A DNA stretch of 64,000 nucleotides from Phoronis australis. Lineage: Eukaryota > Animalia > Phoronida. The position numbers and the translations under genes were made by a program. The stretch spans positions 463,635-527,634 of the forward strand of contig NMRA01000222.1 of the NCBI GenBank assembly GCA_002633005.1, read 5' to 3'. Under the pieces are notes generated by a model. The model saw only the letters and a list, made by a program, of their open reading frames with translations. It did not search any database and was not told the DNA's origin. Below are positions 25,317 through 38,048 of the stretch, one piece after another. Within the stretch, counting starts at the first letter, position 1. Each line of letters begins with the position of its first letter.

Positions 25317-26268
25317 TTTAGACCCATGCGGTTGTTTCCGAAATAATGCGTTATTTCAAAGATTTTTTCTTCAAAATTTTCTTATTTAATTTTTTAAATT
25401 GTGCTGATATCTACCGTTTCAGATTTCACGCCCATCTTTTCATTCCCCAACGGGCACAGTCTTAGCCTAGTAACGCTCTGTTGCTTGTTCAGATCAAATG
25501 ATAAAACGCACAACACTAATGATTTTTTTTTTGAGAAAACCCATCTACTTTAGGAGCTGCCTACTAACGGCATCAAACAAAAACACCATTCACACATCCC
25601 AAGACCCCAGAATTCAGGCAACATCAAACACTATACTGACCCGGAAGTAACTGTCATGCCCGAGGCGTTTTGCAGCACCAGATAACACCGGATTTAAGTT
25701 GACTAAGACATGCAGACATCTGTGCGGAAACTTTGTGACTTTTGTTGTTACTGCAAATTATAACTTCAAAGAAAGATTACGACGCCAAAACTCAGTGCGT
25801 ATTTAACACAGGAAATTTGTTTTTACCATCCAAAAACAGTTAAATACCTGCAGAAATTTTTGACATCTGCCATTCTTCAGTGCATACTAGGTGGCGCTGT
25901 ACACAGGATGTTGTTATAACCAATGTAATTCCGTTATCTAGCGATACTACAAGCTTGAGTATATTAGATCATCAAATGCAGGAAAACTAATTAAAGATAA
26001 AATGTTGACCCAACAGGAAATGTTCGACGTACATGTGTATGAAAGGGAAAGATGGGTTTCACGAAATACCAGTCTAAATACATGTACCAATTTACTCACC
26101 TGTTTCGCGGCAAGGTGAAATAACTTGAAACAAAGTAGGATTTTTTACCGGTGTGAAAAGTATGTGAGTAATAAAAAAACACAATAAAATGTTCAAGTTT
26201 GTTATGTACACAAAACCGGCTACACAAGCATTGTCCAACAAGATTTATTTTTACAGTCAAGGGGCACC

Positions 26269-27190
26269 TCAACTAGAGGAATGGAAATTTCCGGATTTAT
26301 ATTGTACAACCTCCTTTTTCCTGAATGTGTCTGTAACTGCTTGAATTTTGAACTTCTTTTCGTCTTTTATCCAATTTTGCTCCGAACATGTCGCTTTTTC
26401 ACATCTTCGCAGCCGATTCTTGTCGAGACTAAAACACTGTTCTGTCATTGCAGAGAGCTCGATGTTTAATTGCCACACTGAATTGACTACCGTGTTCGCA
26501 TGTCCGTCATTGAAAATCATCGCGAGTTGAAGTCCCAAGTCCATCGTTTCGCTGCCATGGTACTGGTCCTTGGGAACAAGTTTCCACACAATGGAATGAA
26601 AGCTTTTGAGAGGAGTCAGTGTGGCCTAGTGTGATAGGTGTGCACTTTTGTACTCGAAGTCGTGGGTTCGAGCCTCAATGGGTCACACTGCTAAACCATT
26701 GAGTCAGTACTAACTATTAATAAAACAAAAAATGGTTCTAGGTGAACAGTGCCGGCAATAGGCCCACATGCACGGTCTGCGCACGTCTGGTGCAACGTGT
26801 ATCAGACCGCAATCATATTTTTTAATGGAAGCTTTCATTTTGATTCTGTGTAACCACATTCAGACAGACACGGAGCAAATCAGGATTGACAGTTGGTCAA
26901 AGGTTGGCTGAAGCAACTCCACAATAGCGTCTGGGAGAGGTTTGACAATTTCTGGTGCTCAGTTGACCCCGTAGCAGCGTCTACGTTGAATTTACGCCAG
27001 CTACTTTCCCCACCAGGACAGTCGCTGTGGTCGGCACTCTCGGCGTAGTGCTTTAATATGGCACGAGTTGCCTGCAAAGCTTCAAGTTTGCCGGCATTCT
27101 TTCGGATAGCCATTCCATAAAAGCTCTGGAAGCTGTCGGTTAGTGAGCCGCGCAGCACCGAAGATTCCCTTTCCATCGCTGAGTTCTCTA
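26269..27190 (-). pseudogene. DDE transposase C-terminal remnant, Kolobok-type (often labelled Mutator-like)
   Basis: LSDGKGIFGAARLT, FQSFYGMAIRKNAG, HSDCPGGESSW, DLLRVCLNVVTQNQNESFH, SIVWKLVPK, IFNDG; frameshifted and split by a SINE. Confidence 0.85.
26607..26823 (+). mobile_element. tRNA-derived SINE with 12-bp target-site duplication
   Basis: A-box-like TGGCCTAGTG (about 26622) and B box GGTTCGAGCC (26665-26674); TSD AATGAAAGCTTT (26595-26606) / AATGGAAGCTTT (26824-26835). Confidence 0.82.
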
Positions 27191-28876
27191 TCTAGAAGTA
27201 ACTTGTTATTTACCTTTGTTTTCACCCCTTTCGAAACTGAAAGAAATTATACTCAACGTCGCGAGATTACGAGGCGTTATAGCTGAAAGATTCGGCGTAA
27301 TTTCAGGCAACCGAGCCATGGTCCATTGAGAGGCAGCGTCGTCCAATATATGTTCATAGTTCTACCTTATGCTGATTTTATTTTGTGACGTGGTCGTAAA
27401 AAACCCCAGTCGCCACGAATCTGCACGCTCACATCCAAGCACGTAATCAAACTACTTCCGGAAGTTAACAGACGACGTCGAAATTGCGAAAACTGACCCA
27501 GCGTAATGAGTGTTTGGTGACTCTTGCAACGTGTTTTTATTGGCTGCTTTTCCGTTGAAAGCACTGTACCGGGAACCACTAACGCCAGTGTCTCGTTAGA
27601 AAACCAAGTTTGCTCGCGAGATTCCGCGGTTGTTTTCAATGAAAGCACGAAATTTTGGCTAGATTTTGTGACCGCAAGACATGAGAAAATTCCACTATCT
27701 CCGGTCGGCTGTAGCTACTTAATTGTCAGAAGTATACTGACACTAGTTTTATTTTGCTTTTCTATTTGTTTACTAGCAGAGAGCACCTGATTGACATGAG
27801 GCCAGGCCAGTGATGATTTGTTTACAGTAGAATGCCACAGAACAGTCAAGTAAATTCCACCCTACATGTATATATGATTAATATAGAACCGTAATCTGCA
27901 ACATTCTAGAGCCTAGTACATGATTTCAGAGTGATTGGGTAGATGCTTGGAAGTTATAGAATGTGCTTGAATTGGCAAAAAGTTCCGGAACGTTGTAAGA
28001 GATTATACATGTAGATACTCCGGGACGGCCGGGTTAGTCACAGTCAGTTACAATTGAGTAGCAGTTACAAAATCAGCAATTGCAGCGTTAATAGTCAGCT
28101 ATAGATACAGGCTCAACGAATGTAACAGCTGCTGGGCTGTAGCATAGAACAAACATTACGTCGGACGTTTTGTTTGAATAGATTTGTGCACGTACGGAAT
28201 AAAGTGATTTACTAGAATCAGTCTTCAGTCTATCGTCGCATCAAAAGCTATTAGCACCGGTCAGTGACAACTTGCGCCCACCCATCCACGGCGTAAAACG
28301 TGACCCTACTTTTCTTCACAATGAGAGCCCCCTATAGCATCTTTGCACTTCTGCGAAGCCGACTGAGAAATCTGCTGTGATTTTATGTAGCCCTAAACAA
28401 CCCAGGATTTCAAAAATAAATTAATTTGATGGCAAATTTTTGTAATCTGTAGGAAATTAGCTTTCGAAATCTGACTGTGATTGCCAATTGCAAGGAGGTG
28501 CTTTGAACTAAAAACTGCCAATTGTATGCCTTTTTGATATTTGCTACATTTTTGTAGCCTCGCTTCCTTATTCGGTCGAAGTAAAAGGGACAAAATATGA
28601 GACAACATGAAGTTCCTAGTGACCATTCGATAATTGCCTTCTACAACAAGAGCTTAGATCTTTCGTGCGTACAGCGACATCGGTTTTCCCTGTTGATGTA
28701 AAGAAGCTTAGCCAACTACTGGAAACTTTACCAAATAGCAATGAGCGAGTTGACATTGTGCTAATTAACCATTCAGCTTTGCTGTTGTTTATTTTTTACA
28801 GTAGTTGCATTTTGCCGTTGTTTGACTGTCAATGTTGAATGCATAATCGAAACGCTTTCGTATTTCGAAACATTAT

Positions 28877-29134
28877 CATGCGCCTACCCAGCCTAAAAAA
28901 TGTGGGGCTCGAATTTTTGATAATGTGGACCTTTTGCTAAGATTCACGGGGTACGTTCAGAGCTATGAATTGTGCATTCGCCCAATTTTGGTAGTTCCCG
29001 CCTATTAGTGGACTTTTGTCTCGTTTTCTACCTTTTTCTTCGGGAGCTTCTGTTTCTCTGAGGCGGACCTTTTTGGCCACTTCGCCAAATGAGGGGGTTC
29101 GTTCGAGCTCCTCGCCCCCCTTGGTGCGCGCATG
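28877..29134. mobile_element. hAT-like MITE (CATG...CGCGCATG ends), same family as 51109-51364
   Basis: Shared blocks GGGGCTCGAATTT, ATGTGGACCTTTT, TTAGTGGACTTTTGTCTCGTTTTCT, TGTTTCTCTGAGGCGGACC. Confidence 0.7.
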
Positions 29135-29229
29135 CATCCGATCCTGAAATGTTGGCGAATGATCCAGCAACTCCTGTTACAAACAATGCCCAGCACGTGC
29201 GTGCGCCATTTTAGGTGCATTCGCAATAT

Positions 29230-29719
29230 TAGGGTTGGCCAATCCCAATAAACTCGTTTTACTGAGTCACGAAAGGTTTCAGTGTTCTTGTTGGTAATGG
29301 GAATAGAATTCCACCAGGTTAAGGAATACCAGGGACAGATTTTATAAGAGTAAAACTACTAAGGCCTAGTTTGATTTTCATTTTCTAGTCAGCTAAACAC
29401 AGTGGAATGCAACTATAAGACTTTATAGCAATTTGTTACTCCACATTTTGACAATTTAACAAATACTAATCTCATGCACTTTAGCAAGGCCACTTGAGGT
29501 GTAGAGTAACTTAAAACTCAGCGAACAAAGCAACATTAATGGTATCAAAGACGGTGCAGGACTACCAAAACAACTTTTAATTTATACCACTTCAGTACCA
29601 CTCAGTTTGTTCCCAACTCAGATCGGAGAAGGTATCTCTCGGCGCGTACCCTGCACGCCAAGTTACTGATCCTGGTCTCAAACACTCCAGGGGCGAGTCC
29701 AATCCTTCCGATAACCCTA
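29230..29719. mobile_element. Candidate hAT-like non-autonomous element
   Basis: Short TIR TAGGGTT / AACCCTA with AATAT on both flanks. Confidence 0.45.
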
Positions 29720-32700
29720 AATATACATTAGCTTAGGGCCCCCTTCATCGTCGTTTTAAGTTAACACGGGGATTAGAAATTGGCTACAGTTTATTGGGAA
29801 TGTATTCAAAACAGTTTTATCTTTAAAAAGTTAGAATTCACACGGTGTTTAAATGTCAAAAAATAAAAACATTGTATTCAACGAAATAAACTGCATGTAC
29901 TTAGTACAGCTGATCGCAAATAGATATTTAATCTAATCCACTTTAATTGCCATGGAACTGATACGCTGAGTGAAAATTTGTCCGGATCGACACCTGTCTC
30001 CAAAAGTTTAGTAGTAAAAATCGCTGTAAACAAGAACGTGTCGCTACGCCACGTTTATCGTGCAGACGTTTCGCTACTATACCAAAGTCCATTTCCAGAT
30101 GGCATAATGGTGCAACATGATCACCACTGCTATAAGCTATGTTCTGGTCCCAGACTCGATTGGTCAGACTCAGGCAAGCAACTTAACCAACCACATGACC
30201 GCATGATTCCAGTACAAGTGTGTACGTATACTGGAAGCGTGCCACGCAGTTGTTCAATTTTCGAATACAAAGGTTAGACATTGGGTCCTGATGTCAAAAA
30301 CATTCTTCATTGTGGTATTAATTTGCTCTGTCTCTGCCATCGCGTTCTTGGCGGCCATACATTTACTTAATAGGTCGATCTGGTGTAAAACAACTTCGGA
30401 AGAATACGTCGTTTCTTTACAACTGCCAAGAAACCATTTCAAATTAGACCAGGCAACAATGTGAGGCAGATTTAACAAGGGTAAGTGGTTTAAATCAAGG
30501 ATTGTTTTTGACATATGGACCAAGTTTATTGCCTCTTTAAGTGAAATGAATAACGATCTCTGGGTGTACAACGTTGGAGTTTTATTAAAGTAATGTTCAA
30601 GGGCCATTATTTCCTTTCGCACCATCCGAAATTATAAGTAAAAAACAGTAGGCAATTCAACGACAGAAAACGTACTTAAAACCTTTCTAAATCACAATAC
30701 GTCATATTCACACGAGCAGACAACAGGTAAGTAAAATGAGTCTCGACATGGTGTCACCAGCTTCAGTTTGACAGGGTTGGCCATCCTTCCAAGTTTGCAA
30801 CGTGTACATTACAAACAACCCTTTATGGTTACGTGTGCCCCTAATTAAAATGTTGTCTTCTTAAAATATCTAAGTAACTAGCGACTGCCAGTTCATAACA
30901 TATAATATCAGAATTATTATATGCTTGTACGTGTGTGTATACGTTCTTTCATATATCACTGTTTTGTATAGTAGCCCCCCCCCCAGCCCAGCGCTGCCAA
31001 TGCCTACATGTACATGTATGTCACAAAGTGGGCGGGTCGGCCCCTCCTGAAGCTTTGGCGGCCGCTTCCGATAAAATTTCAGAATGTTGGCGCGTTAACG
31101 TGAACTCTGGTGCATTCCAATGACAGGAAACTGCTTCAGCTTTTTCTTTCAAAGAAATTGCAACATTCTTCAAAATTACGACCACCGTACCACATGGTTG
31201 AGTGGTCCGCAATATTTATAGACGTGACGCCATACTTCACACCGGAATAGTTACATTATTAGAATGTACATCTGGCCAACACCGACATCCTGTGCATGCC
31301 AACTTCTACAAATATACGGCGATTGTTAAGAATGATACTACGCACACCACATAGTGCCAGAGATGGGTCGTTGTTCAACAGGTTGTGCAGTTACAGTGCA
31401 GCACTAGTGTTGACAACAAAACGTTTCTAACGTCTTTGTGTGTCCTCTTGAAGGGTTAAATAAAAACCGGAGAGCGTTCCATTGACTACCAAGATTCTAG
31501 CGAGAAAAAATACTAATCCAAGACCCCGCAAAATTACGCGAGAGAAAGCCAGTATTTCGCGAGTATGTCCGGATACTAGCCTATTCTAACAAAGTGGTGG
31601 CAGCTGAAGTGATTGGTCGAGGTTGTGGTGTTCAGTTATGAATGAAATTTAGAAATGACAGGGTTGCATTCACTAACTCCGTCCATAAACGACGGCTTTG
31701 CGCGACAATGTCTCGCGGCGGACTGCAGGAGAACTGGCGAAAAGTAAGATCACGCGAGATCACGCGAACAAATGAGCCTCCGGTGTGCCCTGGACCATGC
31801 AAGCTTAACCTAGAAAAATTAAGGTCACTGAGGTAACCGCAAAAGTTGGAATGCTGAGTTTTGAAGTAGACCCACCCACCAAGAGTGGATGAGAAAAGGG
31901 GATCCATTAAGTAGGGAGATTCCATGAAAGTCTGTCGTAGGAGATTGCCAAAGACACGACAGCTTTTTCTAAGGTGTTATAATTCCATAAATCAAACGCT
32001 TTCCCAGAGATGACCTAACCATAGGCTTTACCCATTAAATAATACAAGAAGAGATGCCTTGTTGTCATAGACGCTTACGCCCATTTGAACGAAAGTTTTT
32101 AAAACAGTTTACATGTATATTGGAAGCTTCGCAGGATCCAGGGGGTTGCGGCGGGTGTGAACGCACCCCCTTCCCCAGCCGAATTTAAATCATAATACCT
32201 GTACTTTTACCACCGTAATGCTCTGAATTTCAGAATACTTTTCGCTGGAAATGAATGATTTTTCAGTTGTCCACAGACAAATCGTGAAGTATTCGTAACA
32301 AATGTATATCGTAAAATTGTTACGAGTCATTTAGGAATTCTTACGAGCAGTTTTCGAATGGTTACGTGTTGGTACGAGCAGTTTGCGACCCTTTGAGTTA
32401 TTTACGGCTAAATCAATCCGTGGACGATCGCTAGACGATTTTTGACACGTCAACAAATTGCCTCTCCTTTCACGGATATTTACGAGTGTCTGCGAATTGT
32501 GACAAGTTGTTTACGGATGGGTGCGATTGTTTGCTATTTGGCGATCCCTTAAGGACTCGCAAGAAAAGCCGGCAGCATTAAAATGAAAGCAAAGAAGCCA
32601 CAGCCCAAGAAAATACCTTGTACACTATCACTAGCTACATCCACAAAAATTGGATATATTTTTTATTAATTTTCAGTTTTGACCAAGGCATAATAAAAAC

Positions 32701-32783
32701 ACGTCCTAACGTCGCGTGAAGTATGTATTTCATGAGAGGAGGGTAACACAGACGATTGCGTAAACTCCTGCATTACGGGCGTG

Positions 32784-32902
32784 CGTTCAGTAGACGCTAG
32801 GACCTAGCTAAAACCTAGTCAAAGTCACGTGCTCTCATTTAAAATACACGGCCATATCTCGCGAAGTCTTGCTTTTTAGCGAGGTCCTAGCGTTACTGAA
32901 CG
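32784..32902. mobile_element. MITE, second copy of the 7619-7753 family
   Basis: CGTTCAGTAGACGCTAGGACCT ... AGGTCCTAGCGTTACTGAACG; shared core TTAAAATACACGGC and AAGTCTTGCTTTTTAGCGAGGTCC. Confidence 0.72.
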
Positions 32903-33478
32903 GGAGGCGGGCTTCAGCTTCGCATCCCCGAAAGTCACCAGCTGGGATATGTTTAGTTGTAAAACGAAATTTTCGGTTTCCGTAAGTAAACTACTTTGTA
33001 GGGAATTTTGTTGTCAAACTGAGTACACCTTCGTACGGATATTGCCGACAATCTTCAGTGCAGCTCGTTCCCCCAATACCTCTGCTATGGGGGTACCCCG
33101 GATGATAGAATTCATTGTTTACGTTCCACAAACGGTTTTCTCGCAGCGAGTGCTTCACGAGTGTCTTGCGCCGGCGGAACGCACCCAAGAATATGGTTTC
33201 CGACTTAAGAAACACGAAATTAGGGGCTCCTTATTAAGTTTGCTTATGAAATAAGTATGGTGTAAATTGATGCGTGTATTTTGACAGATAAGCATTTGAG
33301 GTACGGAAAAAGACAACATAAGAAATAGTATAACAAATTTAATCACCTTTTACAATACTTTAACAATAACAACAACAACCTTTGATGAACAGTAGACAGT
33401 TCCAAATCAACCAAACATAACAATTACAAGATGCACACATTAAACAACCAGTCCTCTGCTAGTTTACGCAGCACCACC

Positions 33479-34111
33479 TCACGGTAGGTCTTTGTCATCT
33501 GATAACTTTCCCATGAGTTTTTCCTCAAATAACGACCGACTTTTTTCAACTGTTCCTAAGTCGTCACTCTTCAGTACTATATCGATACACACACCATTTG
33601 CCTTCATTTTGGCTTGGTAGTCTTCCATCAGCGAACAAGCATCTGATGCTCGAATCGCGGCTGAGGCCATTGTCACATTGTGGACGTTACATAAACTCAC
33701 AGCCATTTTTAAGTTAATTTCGTTCGCTTGCAGCGCGGAGCTCTGTAGGGGGAAATTGTGGAAGCGGAACTCGTTATTTTTCCGAGTGAGACCGGCAATG
33801 TACACTCCGCCCGGCTCGATGCGTGTGTCGTCGCATGACAGCGGCGACTGGGGGTCTTTGATGGTTATAACATCCGGGATGGTTTCGTTAGAGTCGTCAT
33901 TTCTTAACACGCAGTCCACGCGAAACAATCCTTCTGTCCGAAAGTTGTCCATATCGATCTTAGTGGTGTTCAGATATTCTCCGTACACCATAATATCGAA
34001 CCTAGCCATTCGTTGGAATTCGTTCAATGGCGTAAAGTGATCAAACATGACCGAACAAGCGTCAGCCGCCGCTAATAACACAGTCATGAACAGGTATGGA
34101 AAGTGCGCCAT
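33479..34111 (-). CDS. Secreted 210-aa protein with CCDC3-like (TIMP/NtA OB-fold-like) N-terminal domain; single coding exon
   Basis: Longest ORF in the window; signal peptide MAHFPYLFMTVLLAAADA|C; six Cys; PLNEFQR..DIMVYG, VDCVLR, LSCDDT..Y resemble the CCDC3 N-terminus as recalled; acceptor TTTATCTTTCAG at 34132 implies a 5'UTR intron; ATTAAA at 33343-33338. Confidence 0.8.
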   Translation of the reverse strand: MAHFPYLFMTVLLAAADACSVMFDHFTPLNEFQRMARFDIMVYGEYLNTTKIDMDNFRTEGLFRVDCVLRNDDSNETIPDVITIKDPQSPLSCDDTRIEPGGVYIAGLTRKNNEFRFHNFPLQSSALQANEINLKMAVSLCNVHNVTMASAAIRASDACSLMEDYQAKMKANGVCIDIVLKSDDLGTVEKSRSLFEEKLMGKLSDDKDLP

Positions 34112-37100
34112 TACGAAGCCAGTTGGGTGAACTGAAAGATAAACAACACCATTGTTATATAACATGAAGACGGGGGCGAAACACTAAGTAAAGCGAAACG
34201 TGTATGTCAAGTCGGTTATAAAGTATTCAGAAAAAATTGACAAATTGTGCAGCCGGACTGAAACTCACGGCCGTTAACACACCTAAGACTAATACATGGT
34301 TTCGAATTCATTCTGTATAAAAATGTCACCCATTTGCTACAGCGAAGAGCAGGTAACCCGTTCATTATACTGTACCTGAATGACACTATCCAAATTATTC
34401 TTCTAAGTTTCCAATAGCTGGTGCGCTAACTTTCACCGAGTTAATACTAAACGCAAATGTAGCAAATCTTCATATTTATAACACACTGACCGCTCCTTGG
34501 TACAATCAACTATTAGTAAACGTCACGATGTTAATTCACTTAAAACACGGAGGCGGTACACTGAGCTTTTTTCACCAGACTAATGCCTGCCATGTGTCGG
34601 TAATCTAAATTCACGTGAGCCGATTGCTAACAGCAACACATGTAAGCACGAAATACAAACAAGCAGGAGGTCGAGCAAAAGTTGAGAAATGTGCAGTTGA
34701 TTAAAAATCTATTTTATCACGATTTCTGGAACTTTTGACATGAATCACCAATTGGAATTTGTACAATACAAGTGCGAGTAAACAAGGTGGTATGTTTTCG
34801 ACTGCATTTCATAATTCTGTTAGTCGTGGGTATAGGCTCAGAGAACAGGCGACCCCTGAAAAATAATTAGTTTTAGCGAAAAGCGAACATAAAGGCGTAA
34901 ACGGCTTGTTAGTTCCAAGCTGGGCACCTACCCAGTTAAATTTCCGACACCACAAACAAAACAAGAAAAATGCAACTTGCACGTGTACCATCAACGAACT
35001 TGAAATGTCTATAATTTCACGCCATCGACATTAAAATGCCTCAACACTGGCTCAACCTTTAGTTATCCATCGACGTCAACGAAAACCAAAAAGCGTCCGC
35101 GTGACTTTTAAGCGACTTGTTTTTTATTTTTTTATTTTTACCAGAGCGAGTCATTGGTATCGTGATTGTGCACTCGCCAGCAAAGAATTCCTTAAAACTG
35201 TCTAACCAGAATAGAAAATATAATCGAATTGGTTCTCTAACTATCGGTCTCATAATTCTTAGTGACAGAATTGTACTTCCGTTGCCAACAAGAACATCGA
35301 GACCGTTCACCGGCTAAGAAAACACTTCATAATTTATTGGGATTGTCCAACCCTACAGTTGCGAATTCGAAAAATGGCGCGCGTACCTAATGCCTGTGAC
35401 TTCAGTTGCCGTCTCATTCGACCACAATTCAAGATACACGGTTTATAAAAACACATATGGCAGCTCTAATGTCCTTTTAATGCTTGCTGACTATAGGACC
35501 TCTTTGGTCAATGTTTTGGGTTTAGAAAAACGCGAGCCCCATTTCAAAAGGAAACTGGTTAGTACCCTCCCAAAAGGCAAATGGCGTGCCTCTAGTACCA
35601 GAAATCTACCAATGAATTGTTCTCTAAACAGAGAAATTTGGAACTATGAAATTGTTTTCCCTTCACAAATTATTAATAGTTTACTTTACTCAATCGAGTG
35701 AAAAATCGACAGAAGCATTTCAGAAACCAGGAAAAAAATTTCCACAGCTTTTGGGAGAACGATCTGAAAATATCATACACTACTGACAACCACAATTTAA
35801 GCCCAGACTGAGAGATTTTTTCAGGCCCAAATAGTTTAAATTTAAACATTTTGAGGACTGAATTTATTTTGGGATCATTTTAAGACAGGGCCAAAATTCC
35901 AGATCTTTTCAGGCCTGTATGAAATTGAACCCCAAAGCGTTTCCACGAAGATTTCATCATTGACAGCTTAACAGGGGCAAAAAAGGATTCCAGTATCCAC
36001 ATCAGACTCAAACACTGTCTATGGAGCAGTGAATGTAATTCCCACCCAGACAGCTCCAACACTAAAAGCACTCTTCTGGGAGAGTTGAGGCGATGCAGCA
36101 ATATCAAATCCGCAGCCTACAAGATGATTTGTCAGAAAAGAGATAAAACCGGACACATCATCATCATTATTATTATAACATTGGTTAACATTATACTTAT
36201 TATCAATTATGATTATCACGATTATGTAACTTGATTTATATCAATACCATGGTAATTTTTACCCAGATACAATGATCTTTCCATTTATGGGTAGTAATGT
36301 CATCCTTTGTATTTGAAATGAAATACATTATTGTTGTTCTTGTTTTCTGTATTACCACTGGTGTTCCTGTTACTATTAATCATCAAAAATCACCACCAGC
36401 TTTACTTTATCACTGGCTTCTATTCACATCCCCTCATAGTTTTTACACAAAACAACACTCCTGAGCCAATTACAGTTTTCAGTTAAAAGTTGGCCAGTTC
36501 CAATTCCCAGACCTCCTTCGAACCTAATGACTTTACAAAAATCTTAGCCAGATGTCTTAAGAACTAAGCAGGTGTCATCATGTTGCCTACTTCTGTTCAT
36601 CATAGGTATGCCTAGAATCAAACAGGGGAGGTAATCTCAAAGTACAAAAACATTCTGGAATTTTCCAGAATTCTGACTCAACAGACATTGGTAAGTTTCA
36701 AGTAATTGATGAGATAATTTCAGAGTACGATGATAAGACATTCAATAGAACTACTCAATAATTCGCAAGGATTGGCCAATCCTGTCAACACTAGTGACAT
36801 TTTTAAGGCAGTAACAAACACACCATTCATCACAAAAAAGAACTTTTGATTGAGACCACTAACATTTCTTAAATTGGTCTCGAATTGTTCCTTAATTAAA
36901 CCTTAATCAAACTGGAGGTGATTTCAGCATTTAAAATCAACTGACAGTTTGTTATTGCTAGACACCAGACTCCATTAGTTCACTCGTCATTTCATGGACT
37001 GAGTAACAAAGAAGCCGGGAATACATTTTAGTATGAGCAAGGAACAAGTTCTTAAAACTTGTTAAATAATTGAAAACACAAATGCATTGTACAATAGACA

Positions 37101-37259
37101 AAAGACAAACACCCGCACAGACATACACACACACACAAACAGCACACCCACACGGGAGCATTTTCAGACCTGATAACAAAATTAGGAACCGGTGCATAGT
37201 CAAGAAAACAAACGAGCCTGAGAGTGCCATCTATAGTTAAAATTTTCATACTCACAATT

Positions 37260-37769
37260 CAGGGCTTGGAATGATCAATGACAAAAAACGCGGAAACTTT
37301 TACGGCCCAAATCATGCCCGCTAATCAGCCTTGAAATGGTTAATGTGAACCTTTCCTCGACAAAAATCGGGAGGACTAAAAAAATTAAAAAAAAAAAAAC
37401 GTTACCACCATCAGTAGCATGCGTCTGCGTCCTTTTAGCTGGCCCGTCCACTTCCAACCCCACAAATTTTTGGCTGCAGAGTGGTAGTATTTGTCGCCGC
37501 GCTTAACAATAACACGAGACGCCATTGAAATTCCCACCACGCTGTCCCAGGTGCCCTGGCAATGTTGACAATTTACGTTCCTCCGAAACATAAAGAGCAA
37601 CTTCCGCTTTTCGAGGTGAATGTCGTCTGCAACGCCGCGGTAAGAAAGGAATTTGCCGCGGGAATTTTATATCAAATCCGATTTTTTTACGCGGAAATAT
37701 TATAAAAAAGCGGACAGCACATTTGAAAAAAGCGGAAATCCGCATTTCCGTGGAAAATTCCAAGCCCTG
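37260..37769. mobile_element. hAT-like MITE with 13-bp TIR CAGGGCTTGGAAT and 6-bp TSD ACAATT
   Basis: ACAATT|CAGGGCTTGGAAT ... ATTCCAAGCCCTG|ACAATT; subterminal GCGGAAA repeats. Confidence 0.85.
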
Positions 37770-38048
37770 ACAATTTCTGAAATATTTTCCACCTAACTAT
37801 ACTTGAACACCTCTGTCTTGAATATTTGAGGGAGAAGCATTTCTGAGTCTTTCGTGGTGGATGTGATATTTTCCCACACAAAGAGTAAATTAATTGTACC
37901 CCTGAGTTGCGTAATTTGCTGAAGAAAACGGGGTCTGCTGACAAGAGATCAAGTTAAGACATTGTTTTAGCAAATAATCAATGACTGATTGCAGACCAAA
38001 ATCAAAAGTTTGCTTCCTGGATGAAATCTGGGCTTTTCAGCTCCTTAA

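Larger units (their letters stand above)
22920..27366 (-). mobile_element. Degenerate Kolobok-like DNA transposon hosting nested hAT and SINE insertions
   Basis: Ends TTAA|GTTAGACTA and TAGTTCTACC|TTAT are imperfect; transposase remnant at 26269-27190; host sequence rejoins across the hAT element. Confidence 0.55.

Noticed and set aside
26612-26690. tRNA gene
   Set aside because: A/B boxes present but no convincing cloverleaf; it is the head of a TSD-flanked SINE
34112-34165. Upstream ATG giving a 228-aa version of the secreted protein
   Set aside because: Lies upstream of a strong splice acceptor at 34132; the signal peptide starts at 34111
35374-36700. Plus-strand gene starting at AAAATGGCG with microexon-like AG...GTAAGT segments
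   Set aside because: No consistent reading frame or recognisable domain; may only be a YY1-type motif
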